From Planctomycetota bacterium (GTDB lineage Bacteria; Planctomycetota; Planctomycetia; JALXBF01), in contig JALXBF010000014.1 of the NCBI GenBank assembly GCA_026991575.1, positions 11,467 to 75,466 of the forward strand: DNA of 64,000 nt. Direction: 5' to 3'. A model generated the notes under the pieces. That model made no database searches. It was not told the DNA's origin and was given only the letters and a program-made list of their open reading frames with translations. Made by a program: the position numbers and the translations under genes. Positions 20,974 through 30,944 of this stretch are shown piece by piece. Position 1 is the stretch's first letter. Each line of letters opens with the position of its first letter.

Positions 20974-21213
20974 CGCACACCGCCTGTGAACAGCGGCCGT
21001 AAGCGACCGCCGAGCCGTTCCGGGCCGGCAGGCTGAGCGGATAGGCAAGCTTTGCCGGTCGCGCGGTTTCGGGCCGTCCGTCACGCAATGACGCCGGAAC
21101 GGGACTGCTCCGGTGAGCGTGTACCTTTGGACGGCAGCTTAGCCATGCGCATCGCGCAGTGACTCGGCAAACCGTCACCGTTCACCTCCTGCTCGTATGG
21201 CAAAGGGGCAAGC

Positions 21214-23055
21214 ATGAATTCGCTGGCATGCAAACGGACAGGCATGGGGTCTTGCCTTCGGGCACTGGCACGCGCAGCGGCGTCAGTCCTGGTCGTCGCC
21301 GCTCTCGGTTGCCTGACCGCCGGACCGGTGTGTGCCGCGGTGCTGGTGCTGTCCAACCGCACGGACACCACCGTGCGGCTCACGGTGGGCACACGCGCGG
21401 CGTGGCTGGCCAGCTACGAGCTGCGGCCGACTGAGACGATCGCCGTGTACGTGCCGCTGAATGAGCTGCGCGTGTTGCTGCACGATGCGGAGCCATCGCG
21501 CGAAACCGTCTTTGCCTGCGACCCGAACACCGCCTGCTTCGTGTACCGCGATCCGCAGCGGGATGTGCTTGAGCTGGCGACGATCGGACTGGTGAACCGG
21601 CGTCGCCCGTTGCGTGAGCTGCAAGCGCTTCTGCGGCCCATGGTAGCCCTGCCCCAGCCGACGCTGCCAGAGGCCAGGCCCCTGACGCTGAAACTGAAGC
21701 TAGCCGTGGACGATGAGGAACGGACCACGACAGCCGTCTGGCAGCGACGGCTTCGCGAACGGGTCCGGCGCGCCTCGGCTGCGCTGGAGCGGCAGCTCGG
21801 GGTGAAGTTAGAGATCGTCGAGATGACCACCTGGGAATCGGACGATCGCACGGAGGACTTTGAATTCGCGCTGGCGGAGTTCTCATGGGAAGTGCCTGCC
21901 GAACCGGCGCACCTCGCCATCGGCTTCACCAGCCAGTTCGCGGGCATTCCCCCCGAGTCCGGCCATCACCTGGGCATCTCGCACGGGCCACTGCAACAGC
22001 ACATCCTCATCCGTGAAGGCACCCCGGGGCTGACCGAGATGGACTATGTTGAGGTCCTGGTACACGAGATCGGGCACTACCTCGGTGCGGCACACAGTCC
22101 GGAGCCGGATTCCGCCATGCGCCCTCTTCTTGGCGACAACAAGGCGGTGGTCCGCAGCTTCATCATCCAGTACGACCCGCTTAACTGCCTGGCCGCTGCG
22201 ACCGTGGTCGAGCAACTCCGGCAGGCGACCGGCCCGGTCAAGGGCCTTGGCGGACTCAGCCCCGAACGCCGCTATCTGCTCAGCCGCATCTATGCCACCC
22301 TCCTGAAAGCCATCCCGGACGACGAAAGTGCGCGCCGGTACCTGACGATTGTCGCCCCGGAGTTTGGCGTCGAACCTACCGGGTTTGCCGGCCGCGTGCG
22401 CCAGGTGGTCGAGGCGATCGTCGCGGAAGCACGCCGCACCGCGGCAGAGGACGCTTCCGGCGATGTGCTGACCGAACGGTACGTCCGCGCCGCGGCCCGG
22501 GCAGCGCTGGCGCTGCCGGAGAACGACCGGGGCAAAGCGTTCTTACTCGGGCTGGCAATCGGACTAGACCGCGAGGGCGTCTTCGCGCGCACACCGCTTT
22601 TGAGCACGATTTACAAGGCTGTAGAGCCCGAGCATGCGCGTAACGAGCGGCTCCGGCTGCTCGGCCGACCCACGGTACATGGCCGCACCGACCTGCTGGC
22701 CCACTTCACCGTGTCCGCTGCGCTGTGCGCGTTGGTCGGCAAGATGCTCGCCTGGGAGGCTGGGCTCATGAAGGAGTTCAACGATGCGGGCAGCGGCAGC
22801 GGTTTCAGCTTCGCTGACCTAGCCGCCGATCTCGCCGGCCTCAAATTCGCTTCGCGTGCACTGGGCAGCGACGAATTCCTTGAAGAGGTGGCCGAGTCAT
22901 TTCGCGTCGAGGATTACATCCCCAGTCCCGAAGGACTGCCCGAGGGGCTCAGCATCCAGGCGTTTCGCCAGCGGTACGGCGGCCGGCAGGACGAGCGGTT
23001 CAAGTCGGCGGTCGAGGCCCTGCAGGCGCTGGTCGAACAGCTGCCTGGCTACTAG
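21214..23055 (+). CDS. secreted putative zinc metalloprotease (metzincin-like HExxHxxGxxH + Met-turn) with a large C-terminal non-catalytic region
   Basis: Signal peptide. Motif VLVHEIGHYLGAAHSPEPDSAMRP = HEXXHXXGXXH followed by SAM (Met-turn). The rest has no recognised family. Confidence 0.5.
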   Translation: MNSLACKRTGMGSCLRALARAAASVLVVAALGCLTAGPVCAAVLVLSNRTDTTVRLTVGTRAAWLASYELRPTETIAVYVPLNELRVLLHDAEPSRETVFACDPNTACFVYRDPQRDVLELATIGLVNRRRPLRELQALLRPMVALPQPTLPEARPLTLKLKLAVDDEERTTTAVWQRRLRERVRRASAALERQLGVKLEIVEMTTWESDDRTEDFEFALAEFSWEVPAEPAHLAIGFTSQFAGIPPESGHHLGISHGPLQQHILIREGTPGLTEMDYVEVLVHEIGHYLGAAHSPEPDSAMRPLLGDNKAVVRSFIIQYDPLNCLAAATVVEQLRQATGPVKGLGGLSPERRYLLSRIYATLLKAIPDDESARRYLTIVAPEFGVEPTGFAGRVRQVVEAIVAEARRTAAEDASGDVLTERYVRAAARAALALPENDRGKAFLLGLAIGLDREGVFARTPLLSTIYKAVEPEHARNERLRLLGRPTVHGRTDLLAHFTVSAALCALVGKMLAWEAGLMKEFNDAGSGSGFSFADLAADLAGLKFASRALGSDEFLEEVAESFRVEDYIPSPEGLPEGLSIQAFRQRYGGRQDERFKSAVEALQALVEQLPGY

Positions 23056-23220
23056 TGGCCACCGCGGCACAGCTCCTCAGGCGTCGCGTGCAGATCATCC
23101 CGGCGTGATCCGCCCCCGGGCCCCCTTGCTTCGATCCCCGTCGCAGTACAATCACATGCCACCCCTGTCGGCTGTACGTATTCCGGTCTGAGCCGATCCG
23201 TCTCGGAGTCCAACCAGGCA

Positions 23221-26200
23221 ATGGTATTGCTAGGTAGGTGCAGGCTGGCGGGTCGCTTGCTCATCGCGCTGATGGTTACCCTCCATTGGGGAGCCAGCTC
23301 GGTGTTCTCAGGAGGCAACCGGTGGAAGCCCGTCATTCACGACGCCCCGCCCGAAGTTGCTGCCACCGCTCGCCGCATCAGTCACCCGCCTGGCACAACC
23401 GTGACGCTGGTCGCCGCCGAACCGGCCCTGGCCAATCCGGTGGCGTTCTGCTTCGATGAGCGTGGCCGGATCTACGTGGCAGAGACCTTTCGACTGGGCG
23501 AAGGAGCCACGGACAACCGCGCGCACATGTACTGGCTCAAGGATGAGCTGGCAGCCGTCACCGTGGCAGATCGGGTCCGTCTGTTCGAGCGGTATCTCGC
23601 CCCGGAGGTGCTGCACCGGTTCCGCACCGCTGAGGACCGGGTGCGACTGCTGGTCGACCGAGACGGCGACGGCTGGTTTGAGACGAGTCGGGTGTTCGCC
23701 GGCGGCTTCCATCGATTGGCCGAAGGCATCGGTGCAGGGGTTCTTGCTCGGCAGGGCCAGGTATGGTACGCATGCGTTCCACGTCTCTGGCTGCTGCGCG
23801 ACGCGGACGGAGATGGCACGGCGGACAGTCGCCGGGCACTGTTCTCGGGATTCGGCGTACACGTCGCGTTCATCGGGCACGACCTCCACGGCCTCTGCCT
23901 CGGTCCCGACGGCCGGCTGTACTTTTCCATAGGCGATCGCGGGTTCAACGTCACCACACCGGACGGTCGGCATCTGTTCTATCCGCACACCGGCGCGGTA
24001 CTTCGGTGTGAGCTGGACGGTAGCAATCTCGAGGTGGTGCACATCGGCCTGCGCAACCCACAGGAACTGGCGTTCAATCACCTCGGCGACCTGTTCACCG
24101 GAGACAACAACTCCGATGGCGGCGACCAGGCTCGCATCGTCCGTATCGTGTGGGGCGGCGACAGCGGCTGGACCATCGGCTTCCAATACGCACCGGAGCC
24201 TGTGCCGCGGGGAATGTGGAACTTCGAGAAACTGTGGTATCCAGCGGAAGAGAACACCGGGCGTCATCTCATCCCCCCGATCGCAAACCTGGGCAACGGT
24301 CCGTCCGGGCTGGCCTACAACCCCGGCCTCACTGCCTTGCCGGCCGGGTTCGAGGACTACTTCTTCCTGTGCGATTTCCGAGGGCAGATCCCCATCAGCG
24401 GCATCTACTCGTTCCGCCTCGAGCCGGACGGCGCTGGCTACCGGCTGGCCGACGTCACCCGCTTCGCTTGGAATGTCTGCGCCACCGACTGCACCTTCGG
24501 TTGGGACGGTGCCTTCTACGTGCTGGACTGGGTTGAAGGCTGGACCATGCCAGGTCGCGGGCGGATCTACCGCATCGCAGTCCCCCGCTTGCTAAAAGAC
24601 CCGGTCGTACAGCGCACGGCCCGACTGGCTGCCGAAGGGTTCGACCGGCGTTCGACGGCCGATCTGGTGCAACTGCTCGGGTATCCGGATCAACGGATCC
24701 GAATCGAGATTTCGATTGAGCTGGCCAACCGCGGCGAGCAAGGTCGCCGTGCACTGGCACGGGTGGCCGAGGATCCGACCGCGTCACGGCTTGCCCGGCT
24801 CCATGCGATCTGGGGATTGGGCATGCTTGCCCGCAGAGGCGATGCCCGCGCCGCGCGGCATCTGGCCACGCTGATCGGCTCGGACGATGCCGAAGTGCGT
24901 GCTCAGGCTGCGAAGACGCTTGGCGACTCGAACCGCCCGGAGCTAGCTGCGGCACTCGCCCCGGCAGTGCTCGACGCGGCCCCCCGCGTCCGCTTCTTCG
25001 CGACCGTAGCCGCGGCCCGGTTGGGTTACGCCGACGTGCGCGATCGGGTGCTGGAGCTGGTGACCGCCGACGCCGAACGTGACCCCTACCTGCGCCACGC
25101 CGCTGTCGTCTACCTGGCTTCGATCTGCAGCTCCGACGAACTCGCCAAATGGGCCGACCATCCTCAGCGCTCTGTGCGACTGGCATCCGTGCTGGCCCTC
25201 CGCAGGCAGCGCTCGCCGGCAATCGCCGCGTTCCTGCACGACGCGGAGCGTGAGATCGTCACCGAGGCGGTTCGCGGCATCTATGATGAGCCTATCGAGG
25301 GGGCGCTGAAGGAGCTGTTGGCGCTGGACCCTGCCAGCCTGTCCGAGTATGCGCAATTGCGAGTGCTCCTGGCGCATCGTCGCGCCGCATCCAGCCGGGG
25401 GGCGGAAACGCTCGCGGCCGTCGCCGCTGACGCTGGCTTTAGTAGCACGGTGCGACGGTTCGCGCTGAGGCTGCTGGCGGGCTGGGCTGACGACGAGTGG
25501 CAGGATCCGATCCTAGGACTGTACCGACCAATCCCGGCGGGCAAAGAGCACGACGCCCGTCGGGCACTCCTGAGTCGCATGAACCAACTGCTTGCCGACT
25601 CCGATGAGCAGATTGCCATCGACGCCATCCGGGCCATCGTAGCCTGCCACGGCCGACAGGCCGGCAGCGTCTTGCGCGCGCTGATCCGCCAGGAAGACCG
25701 CCCCCCTGTCGTGCGGGCCGAAGCGCTCCGAGCCCTGGGCAAGCTCGGCGCGACCGAGGGTCAGCCTGAAGCGATCGCCGCGCTGTATGCGGATTCGCCG
25801 ATCGTGCGCGCCGCCGCAATTGAAGCGCTTGCGTCGCTGGCGCCGGACATGGCCGTTGAGGCGATCGACCGCTTGATCCACAGCGAGCGCGCATCCTTCG
25901 AGGAGAAGCAGGCCGCGCTCACCGCGCTGGCTACGATCGACTCCCCGGAAGCCGACCGCATCGTCCGACGCTGTATGAATCGGATCCTTCGAGGGGAAGT
26001 ACCCATCGAATTGCAGCTGGAACTGCTGGAGGTGGCAGAGCAGCGTGCGAAACGCGACGCAGAAATCCAGAAGCTGCTGAAAAGGTATCAAGACCTGGCA
26101 GCAAAGCTGGAACCGATCGAACGGTACGCCTTCGCATTACGCGGCGGCAACGCCGAGCGTGGCCGTGAGGTGTTCTTCGGAAACACAGCGGTCTCGTGCC

Positions 26201-26565
26201 TGCGCTGCCACAAGGTCCATGGCGTCGGCGGCGACGTCGGCCCCGATCTTACCGGCATCGGCGCCAGACGCGATCGCCTGTCCCTCTTGCGCTCCATCGT
26301 GGATCCGAACGCCGAAATCTCGGAAGGCTACGAAAGCGTCGTGCTCCTCCTGGACGACGGCCGGGTCGTGACCGGAGTACTCCGCCGTGAAGACGCTCGA
26401 CAGCTTGAGCTGGTCACAGCCGAGGGTAGCAAGCTGGTGATCGAGAAGAGCCGCATTGAGGCCAGGCGGCGCGGGCCGTCGGCAATGCCGTCCGATCTGG
26501 TCGAAAAGCTCTCGCCTAGAGAGCTACGTGATCTCATCGAGTTTCTCAGCAGCCTGACCGACTGA
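23221..26565 (+). CDS. PVC-type membrane-bound dehydrogenase-domain / HEAT-repeat / c-type cytochrome (CxxCH) protein
   Basis: 1114 aa. N-terminal domain (LVAAEPALANPVAFCFDERGRIYVAETF) typical of Planctomycete/Verrucomicrobial putative membrane-bound dehydrogenases. Central HEAT-like repeats. C-terminal heme-binding site CLRCHKVHG. Confidence 0.75.
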   Translation: MVLLGRCRLAGRLLIALMVTLHWGASSVFSGGNRWKPVIHDAPPEVAATARRISHPPGTTVTLVAAEPALANPVAFCFDERGRIYVAETFRLGEGATDNRAHMYWLKDELAAVTVADRVRLFERYLAPEVLHRFRTAEDRVRLLVDRDGDGWFETSRVFAGGFHRLAEGIGAGVLARQGQVWYACVPRLWLLRDADGDGTADSRRALFSGFGVHVAFIGHDLHGLCLGPDGRLYFSIGDRGFNVTTPDGRHLFYPHTGAVLRCELDGSNLEVVHIGLRNPQELAFNHLGDLFTGDNNSDGGDQARIVRIVWGGDSGWTIGFQYAPEPVPRGMWNFEKLWYPAEENTGRHLIPPIANLGNGPSGLAYNPGLTALPAGFEDYFFLCDFRGQIPISGIYSFRLEPDGAGYRLADVTRFAWNVCATDCTFGWDGAFYVLDWVEGWTMPGRGRIYRIAVPRLLKDPVVQRTARLAAEGFDRRSTADLVQLLGYPDQRIRIEISIELANRGEQGRRALARVAEDPTASRLARLHAIWGLGMLARRGDARAARHLATLIGSDDAEVRAQAAKTLGDSNRPELAAALAPAVLDAAPRVRFFATVAAARLGYADVRDRVLELVTADAERDPYLRHAAVVYLASICSSDELAKWADHPQRSVRLASVLALRRQRSPAIAAFLHDAEREIVTEAVRGIYDEPIEGALKELLALDPASLSEYAQLRVLLAHRRAASSRGAETLAAVAADAGFSSTVRRFALRLLAGWADDEWQDPILGLYRPIPAGKEHDARRALLSRMNQLLADSDEQIAIDAIRAIVACHGRQAGSVLRALIRQEDRPPVVRAEALRALGKLGATEGQPEAIAALYADSPIVRAAAIEALASLAPDMAVEAIDRLIHSERASFEEKQAALTALATIDSPEADRIVRRCMNRILRGEVPIELQLELLEVAEQRAKRDAEIQKLLKRYQDLAAKLEPIERYAFALRGGNAERGREVFFGNTAVSCLRCHKVHGVGGDVGPDLTGIGARRDRLSLLRSIVDPNAEISEGYESVVLLLDDGRVVTGVLRREDARQLELVTAEGSKLVIEKSRIEARRRGPSAMPSDLVEKLSPRELRDLIEFLSSLTD

Positions 26566-27252
26566 CGCAACCACGGCCGCCGGCCCGGAAGTCGGCGCCA
26601 GCGTCCGCTTGGCACTGGGCTCTTGACCATTCTCATCCCCTGTGCCGCTCGGGCCGACGCGTTCCGAGCGTGTGACCGACAGGAAAAAGCTTCCCAACAG
26701 GACTGCCAGACTGGCCAGAGTCGAACTCCTGTAGAGCAACGTCCACGCATGCTCGCCGAGGCCCTTCTCCAAGTCCGGAAACGTGATCCGGAGTAACGCA
26801 CAGGCCACCAGCAGCAGAATGACGAAAGCGGTGCTGAAGACGTTCCCCGCAACGATCCACCGCAGTCGCACCGATGCCGGCCCCCACAGGCTGCTCGCAC
26901 ACCAGTACTCGATCAAGCACGACACGTACAACATCAAAGGGAGCCAGACGAGCAACGTGGCCGGAGCCGTCAGGAACGTACCGATCAGCGGGCAAGCCAG
27001 CACCGTGCCCACCAGGGCGCTGATGAAGTTAGCTCGCAGGGACGTGACCAGGGCTCGCCGTTTGATACCGGCCTTCGAGAAGAATGGACGCTCCAGAAGC
27101 GCTACCAGGACGGTTGCCTGTAGCGTCAGAACCCCCCCGCCGGCACCCGGCAGCACGCTGAGGTACAAGAGGGGCACAATGGAATTGGCCCGGGCCTCGC
27201 CGGCAATCAGTAGGACGATCCCCAGGGACACTGCTACGACGCGCCGCCGCAC
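26524..27252 (-). CDS. hypothetical polytopic membrane protein
   Basis: 242 aa with 5-6 clear hydrophobic helices. Its 3' end overlaps the convergent upstream gene by 42 bp. No family recognised. Confidence 0.45.
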   Translation of the reverse strand: MRRRVVAVSLGIVLLIAGEARANSIVPLLYLSVLPGAGGGVLTLQATVLVALLERPFFSKAGIKRRALVTSLRANFISALVGTVLACPLIGTFLTAPATLLVWLPLMLYVSCLIEYWCASSLWGPASVRLRWIVAGNVFSTAFVILLLVACALLRITFPDLEKGLGEHAWTLLYRSSTLASLAVLLGSFFLSVTRSERVGPSGTGDENGQEPSAKRTLAPTSGPAAVVASVGQAAEKLDEIT

Positions 27253-27764
27253 ACGATAACTCCGAATTACCGAAAGCTAACCGGCTGCCCCGTGCGCATG
27301 CACCAGGCCTGTCGTCCGTGGACCAGTGTAGGACACAACCGTTTGCCGTGCAAGCACCTGTGCTGAAAACTGCGGGTCGCACAGCGCGCTCGGGAAGCAA
27401 CGCGGATATGGCGGGCGGTTCGCTTAGCTGTCCGGAAGGCCGCCTTGCAGACGCGCCACTGCGGCGACGCGCTGCCGGGGTTTGAGCCGGAGACGCTCTG
27501 CGGCCGTCGATGGTGGCCGAATGGGGCGAAGCTGTTGGCTACCGAACCAGGCTGACCCCGGTGACGCAAGGGCGCCGATGGGTTAGGATAGCGCGCAGTC
27601 GCGGGCCCCGCGGCGTGCGTTTGTGTCGTACGCGTTACCGCAGCCGCTCGGTGCGCCCCGGTGGTGAGGAACACGCGGGCCGGGTCCAAGCCATCGTGGT
27701 CGGCACGACGCCGCCGGGGGCCCGAGTACTCATCTGTTCGCCCCCCCACCCCAGGAGCGCCGCT

Positions 27765-29564
27765 ATGTTGAGCCCGTGCCTGACCCCGGCGCCGCGCGCC
27801 GTTACGCTCGGGAAACTATCAATCGCCTGTATCACGTTGCTGGCCGCTGCCCAACTGCTCGCTGGCGAACCGCGCACCGCGGAGCGACTGGACCGAGGCA
27901 TCGTCGCCGTGCGAACGCCCGAAGGATTCTTCATCGGGTGGCGGCTTCTGGCGACAGATCCACCGGACATCGCGTTCCACGTGTACCGTCAGCACGGCAA
28001 CCAGGAACCGGTAAGGTTGACCTCCGCCCCCCTACGTCAAGCCACCTGCTTCCTGGACCGCGATCGAGACGCGTGCAGCGAGTGCCGCTGGTCCGTCGCT
28101 GCCGTCGCCGATGGCCGCGAGCGGTCGTGCGGCAAGCCAGTGACCGCTTGGCCTAAGCCATATCGCGCTATTCGGCTTCGCGGCCGATACACGTTCCAGA
28201 AGGTGGGCCTGGCCGATCTGGACGGCAACGGGCGTCTGGACTTCGTCATCAAGCAGCCGGACACCAACGTTGATCCGTACGTGCGCTACTGGAAGCCTAG
28301 CCCTGGCACCTACCGTCTCGAAGCGTATGCCGACGACGGCCGGTTCCTCTGGCAGGTGGACCTGGGTTGGGCCATCGAGCAGGGTATCTGGTACTCGCCC
28401 TACGTGGTCTACGATCTGGATGGCGACGGGCGGGCCGAGGTGGCGGTCAAGACCGGCGAAGGTGACCCGCGGGACAGGGACGGCCGCGTGCAGCGTGGAC
28501 CGGAGTATCTGACTATCCTGGACGGCATGAGCGGCACCCCCGTTGAACGAATCGCCTGGCCAGATCGCCGTCCGTTCTACGAGATCCACGGCAGGGAGCG
28601 GGGCTACAACTACGCCTCACGCAATCAACTCGGCATCGCCTACCTGGACGGCACGCACCCGCACCTGATCGTCGAACGCGGGACGTACGGGTACATCGTT
28701 GTGATCGCGTACCGGTTCGACGGAAAAAGACTGCGCACAGTCTGGCGGTGGGACAACCGATCTCTGCCACGCAACTGCTGGGGTCAGGGGGCGCACTGGA
28801 TGCACGGCGCAGACGTCGACGAGGACGGGCGCGACGAGGTCATCATCGGGTCCCTCGTCATCGACGACAACGGCACGACGCTGTGGACCACAGGCCGTGG
28901 ACATCCGGATCATGTGTACGTTGGCGACATCGATCCGCTCCGTGCCGGCCTGGAGATCTACTACGGTCTGGAGACCAGACAGCGGCGCGGCGGTATGTGT
29001 CTGGTTGACGCCGCCACTGGCAGGATGCTCTGGGGCTACGACGGTCCGACGCGCCATGTGCACGGCCGCGGTATGTGTTCGGATATCGACCCAGCGTACC
29101 CCGGCTCGGAATGCTACAGCGCCGACACGGACGCACGGAAACGGTACGCATGGTCGCGGCTCTGGTCAGCCCAGGGAAAGGTCATCGGCACCGAGAACCT
29201 TGGCGGATTCGGCCCGCTTACCGCGTACTGGGACGGAGACCCGCAGCGTGAGCTGCTGCTGGGCAGAACGATCCGCAAGTACCGCGGCGGCATCATCGGT
29301 GCGATCGAAGGCAAAGTCGTCGCTGTTGCCGACATCGTCGGGGACTGGCGCGAAGAGCTCATCGTGACCGCGCCGGGCGAACTGCGCATCTACACGACAA
29401 CGCTACCCACCCCGTTTCGCCACACGACGCTCCTGCAGGATCCGATATACCGCATCGATGTCGCACACGCATCCATGGGCTATCACCAGGTGCCGATGCT
29501 CAGCTTCGATCTGGCAAGCCGCATCGGCGCGGCCACGGCTGTGGACCGGGACCGAACCCGCTAG
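27765..29564 (+). CDS. rhamnogalacturonan lyase, polysaccharide lyase family 11 (YesW/YesX-like)
   Basis: ATG at 27765 with an AGGAG Shine-Dalgarno 8 nt upstream. Signal peptide. N-terminal LDRGIVAV..GFFIGWRLLATDP..AFHVYR matches PL11 lyases. Repeated DLDGDG propeller blades. Confidence 0.7.
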   Translation: MLSPCLTPAPRAVTLGKLSIACITLLAAAQLLAGEPRTAERLDRGIVAVRTPEGFFIGWRLLATDPPDIAFHVYRQHGNQEPVRLTSAPLRQATCFLDRDRDACSECRWSVAAVADGRERSCGKPVTAWPKPYRAIRLRGRYTFQKVGLADLDGNGRLDFVIKQPDTNVDPYVRYWKPSPGTYRLEAYADDGRFLWQVDLGWAIEQGIWYSPYVVYDLDGDGRAEVAVKTGEGDPRDRDGRVQRGPEYLTILDGMSGTPVERIAWPDRRPFYEIHGRERGYNYASRNQLGIAYLDGTHPHLIVERGTYGYIVVIAYRFDGKRLRTVWRWDNRSLPRNCWGQGAHWMHGADVDEDGRDEVIIGSLVIDDNGTTLWTTGRGHPDHVYVGDIDPLRAGLEIYYGLETRQRRGGMCLVDAATGRMLWGYDGPTRHVHGRGMCSDIDPAYPGSECYSADTDARKRYAWSRLWSAQGKVIGTENLGGFGPLTAYWDGDPQRELLLGRTIRKYRGGIIGAIEGKVVAVADIVGDWREELIVTAPGELRIYTTTLPTPFRHTTLLQDPIYRIDVAHASMGYHQVPMLSFDLASRIGAATAVDRDRTR

Positions 29565-29687
29565 CCGCACCACCGCACGGCGTCGGCCGATCCCCCCGGG
29601 ATCAACCGATCGCGTGATCGAGGGGCATCGAGAGCGGTCACGTGTGCTGGCACAGAGCGGCGGACAGTCTTACCCAGCGAATGGGCC

Positions 29688-30944
29688 ATGAACCAGACGA
29701 TCGAGCTCCCGTGGGGCAAATGGACTCACGAAAGCTCCCTGAAGCTGGCGGTGCCGGTCGACTGGCACGTTGAGCTCATCGACCCGGACAGCTCGCCGGC
29801 CGGTCCGTGCATCGAGCGCGCGCTGGCCGAACCAGTCGGCTCACCACCGCTGCGCGAGCTTGCGCGCGGAGCGGAGCGCGTCTGTGTGGTCGTCGAAGAT
29901 CCGGCTCGACCGACCCGCCTCGGGCCGATCCTTACTGCCGTGATGCACGAACTGTCCCGGGCAGGAGTGCCCACCGGCTCTGTGACCGTGCTCGTTGCCA
30001 CAGGTGCACATCGATGGGAAACCGACCGGATCATCTTCGAGAAACTTGGGCTGCCGGCCAACCGAACCAACAGCCCCGCGGTTGTCATCCATTCCCCGCA
30101 GGACTGCGAAAACACCGATATCGTTCTGGACAAGACCGCCGTCCGTCTGAACGGCCACTTTCTCCACGCCGACCTGCGCATCCTGATCGGATCGGTGATC
30201 CCCCATCCGTTTGCCGCCTACAGCGGCGGAGCCAAGATCGTGCTGCCCGGCATCGCAGACCTGGACAGCACTACCCACATCCACAAGATGGCGCAGCTGG
30301 GCGTCGGAATCACCAGCGACCCGGACACGAATCGGTTCCGCGGCAAGATCGAGGCAGCTGTGCTACGGCTCGGCGGTCTTTTCTGCATCTGCTGCGTGCC
30401 AACGATGTCGGGAGAAGTAGTTGGCTGCTGGGCCGGCGACCTGGTTGCTGCTCATCGTGCCGCGGTGGCCGTTGCAGCGCGCCGTTCCATGAGGCCGTTG
30501 GCGGAACCGGCCGATGTGCTGATCTTGAACGCGTATCCGAAGGATGTGGATCTGGTGCAGAGTCGCGCCGCGCTGGCTTGTCTGCCGAGAGCGGTCCACT
30601 CCGTGATCCGGCCAGACGGGATCGTTGTGCTCGTGACGGCTGCACCGTTCCAGGCACGCGGCCATGAGCTGTTCTCGCCCGGTGGTCGCCTGCACGGTGA
30701 GCCGCGGCTGGAGCAGAGACTCGCCGGCCACGAGCTCTGGTTGCTCACGCCGGCAGCTGAGGAAGAAGTGCGTGCCGTCTTCGGGCCGGGCTGTCGGGTG
30801 TTCAAAACTCCAGGGTCGCTCATCGAAGGGCTAGCCGGCCGGCTGCGGAATCGTGCACGGGTTGCGGTCCTGCGCTCCGCCCCTCTGCTCCGCCTTACCA
30901 GCCAACGTGCAGCAGCGACAGGGAACGAGCGTCGAGCCGGGTAA
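29688..30944 (+). CDS. LarA-like (lactate racemase N-terminal domain, DUF2088) family protein
   Basis: 418 aa. N-terminal domain pattern (VVVEDPARPT..LVATGAHR) and overall length match the LarA/DUF2088 family. The specific substrate is unknown. Confidence 0.45.
   Translation: MNQTIELPWGKWTHESSLKLAVPVDWHVELIDPDSSPAGPCIERALAEPVGSPPLRELARGAERVCVVVEDPARPTRLGPILTAVMHELSRAGVPTGSVTVLVATGAHRWETDRIIFEKLGLPANRTNSPAVVIHSPQDCENTDIVLDKTAVRLNGHFLHADLRILIGSVIPHPFAAYSGGAKIVLPGIADLDSTTHIHKMAQLGVGITSDPDTNRFRGKIEAAVLRLGGLFCICCVPTMSGEVVGCWAGDLVAAHRAAVAVAARRSMRPLAEPADVLILNAYPKDVDLVQSRAALACLPRAVHSVIRPDGIVVLVTAAPFQARGHELFSPGGRLHGEPRLEQRLAGHELWLLTPAAEEEVRAVFGPGCRVFKTPGSLIEGLAGRLRNRARVAVLRSAPLLRLTSQRAAATGNERRAG

Noticed and set aside
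29597-29611. Short GC-only palindromes (gatccc-ccc-gggatc; cccggccggg at ~35063)
   Set aside because: 6-10-bp GC palindromes arise by chance at this GC content and have no U-tracts. Not reported as terminators.
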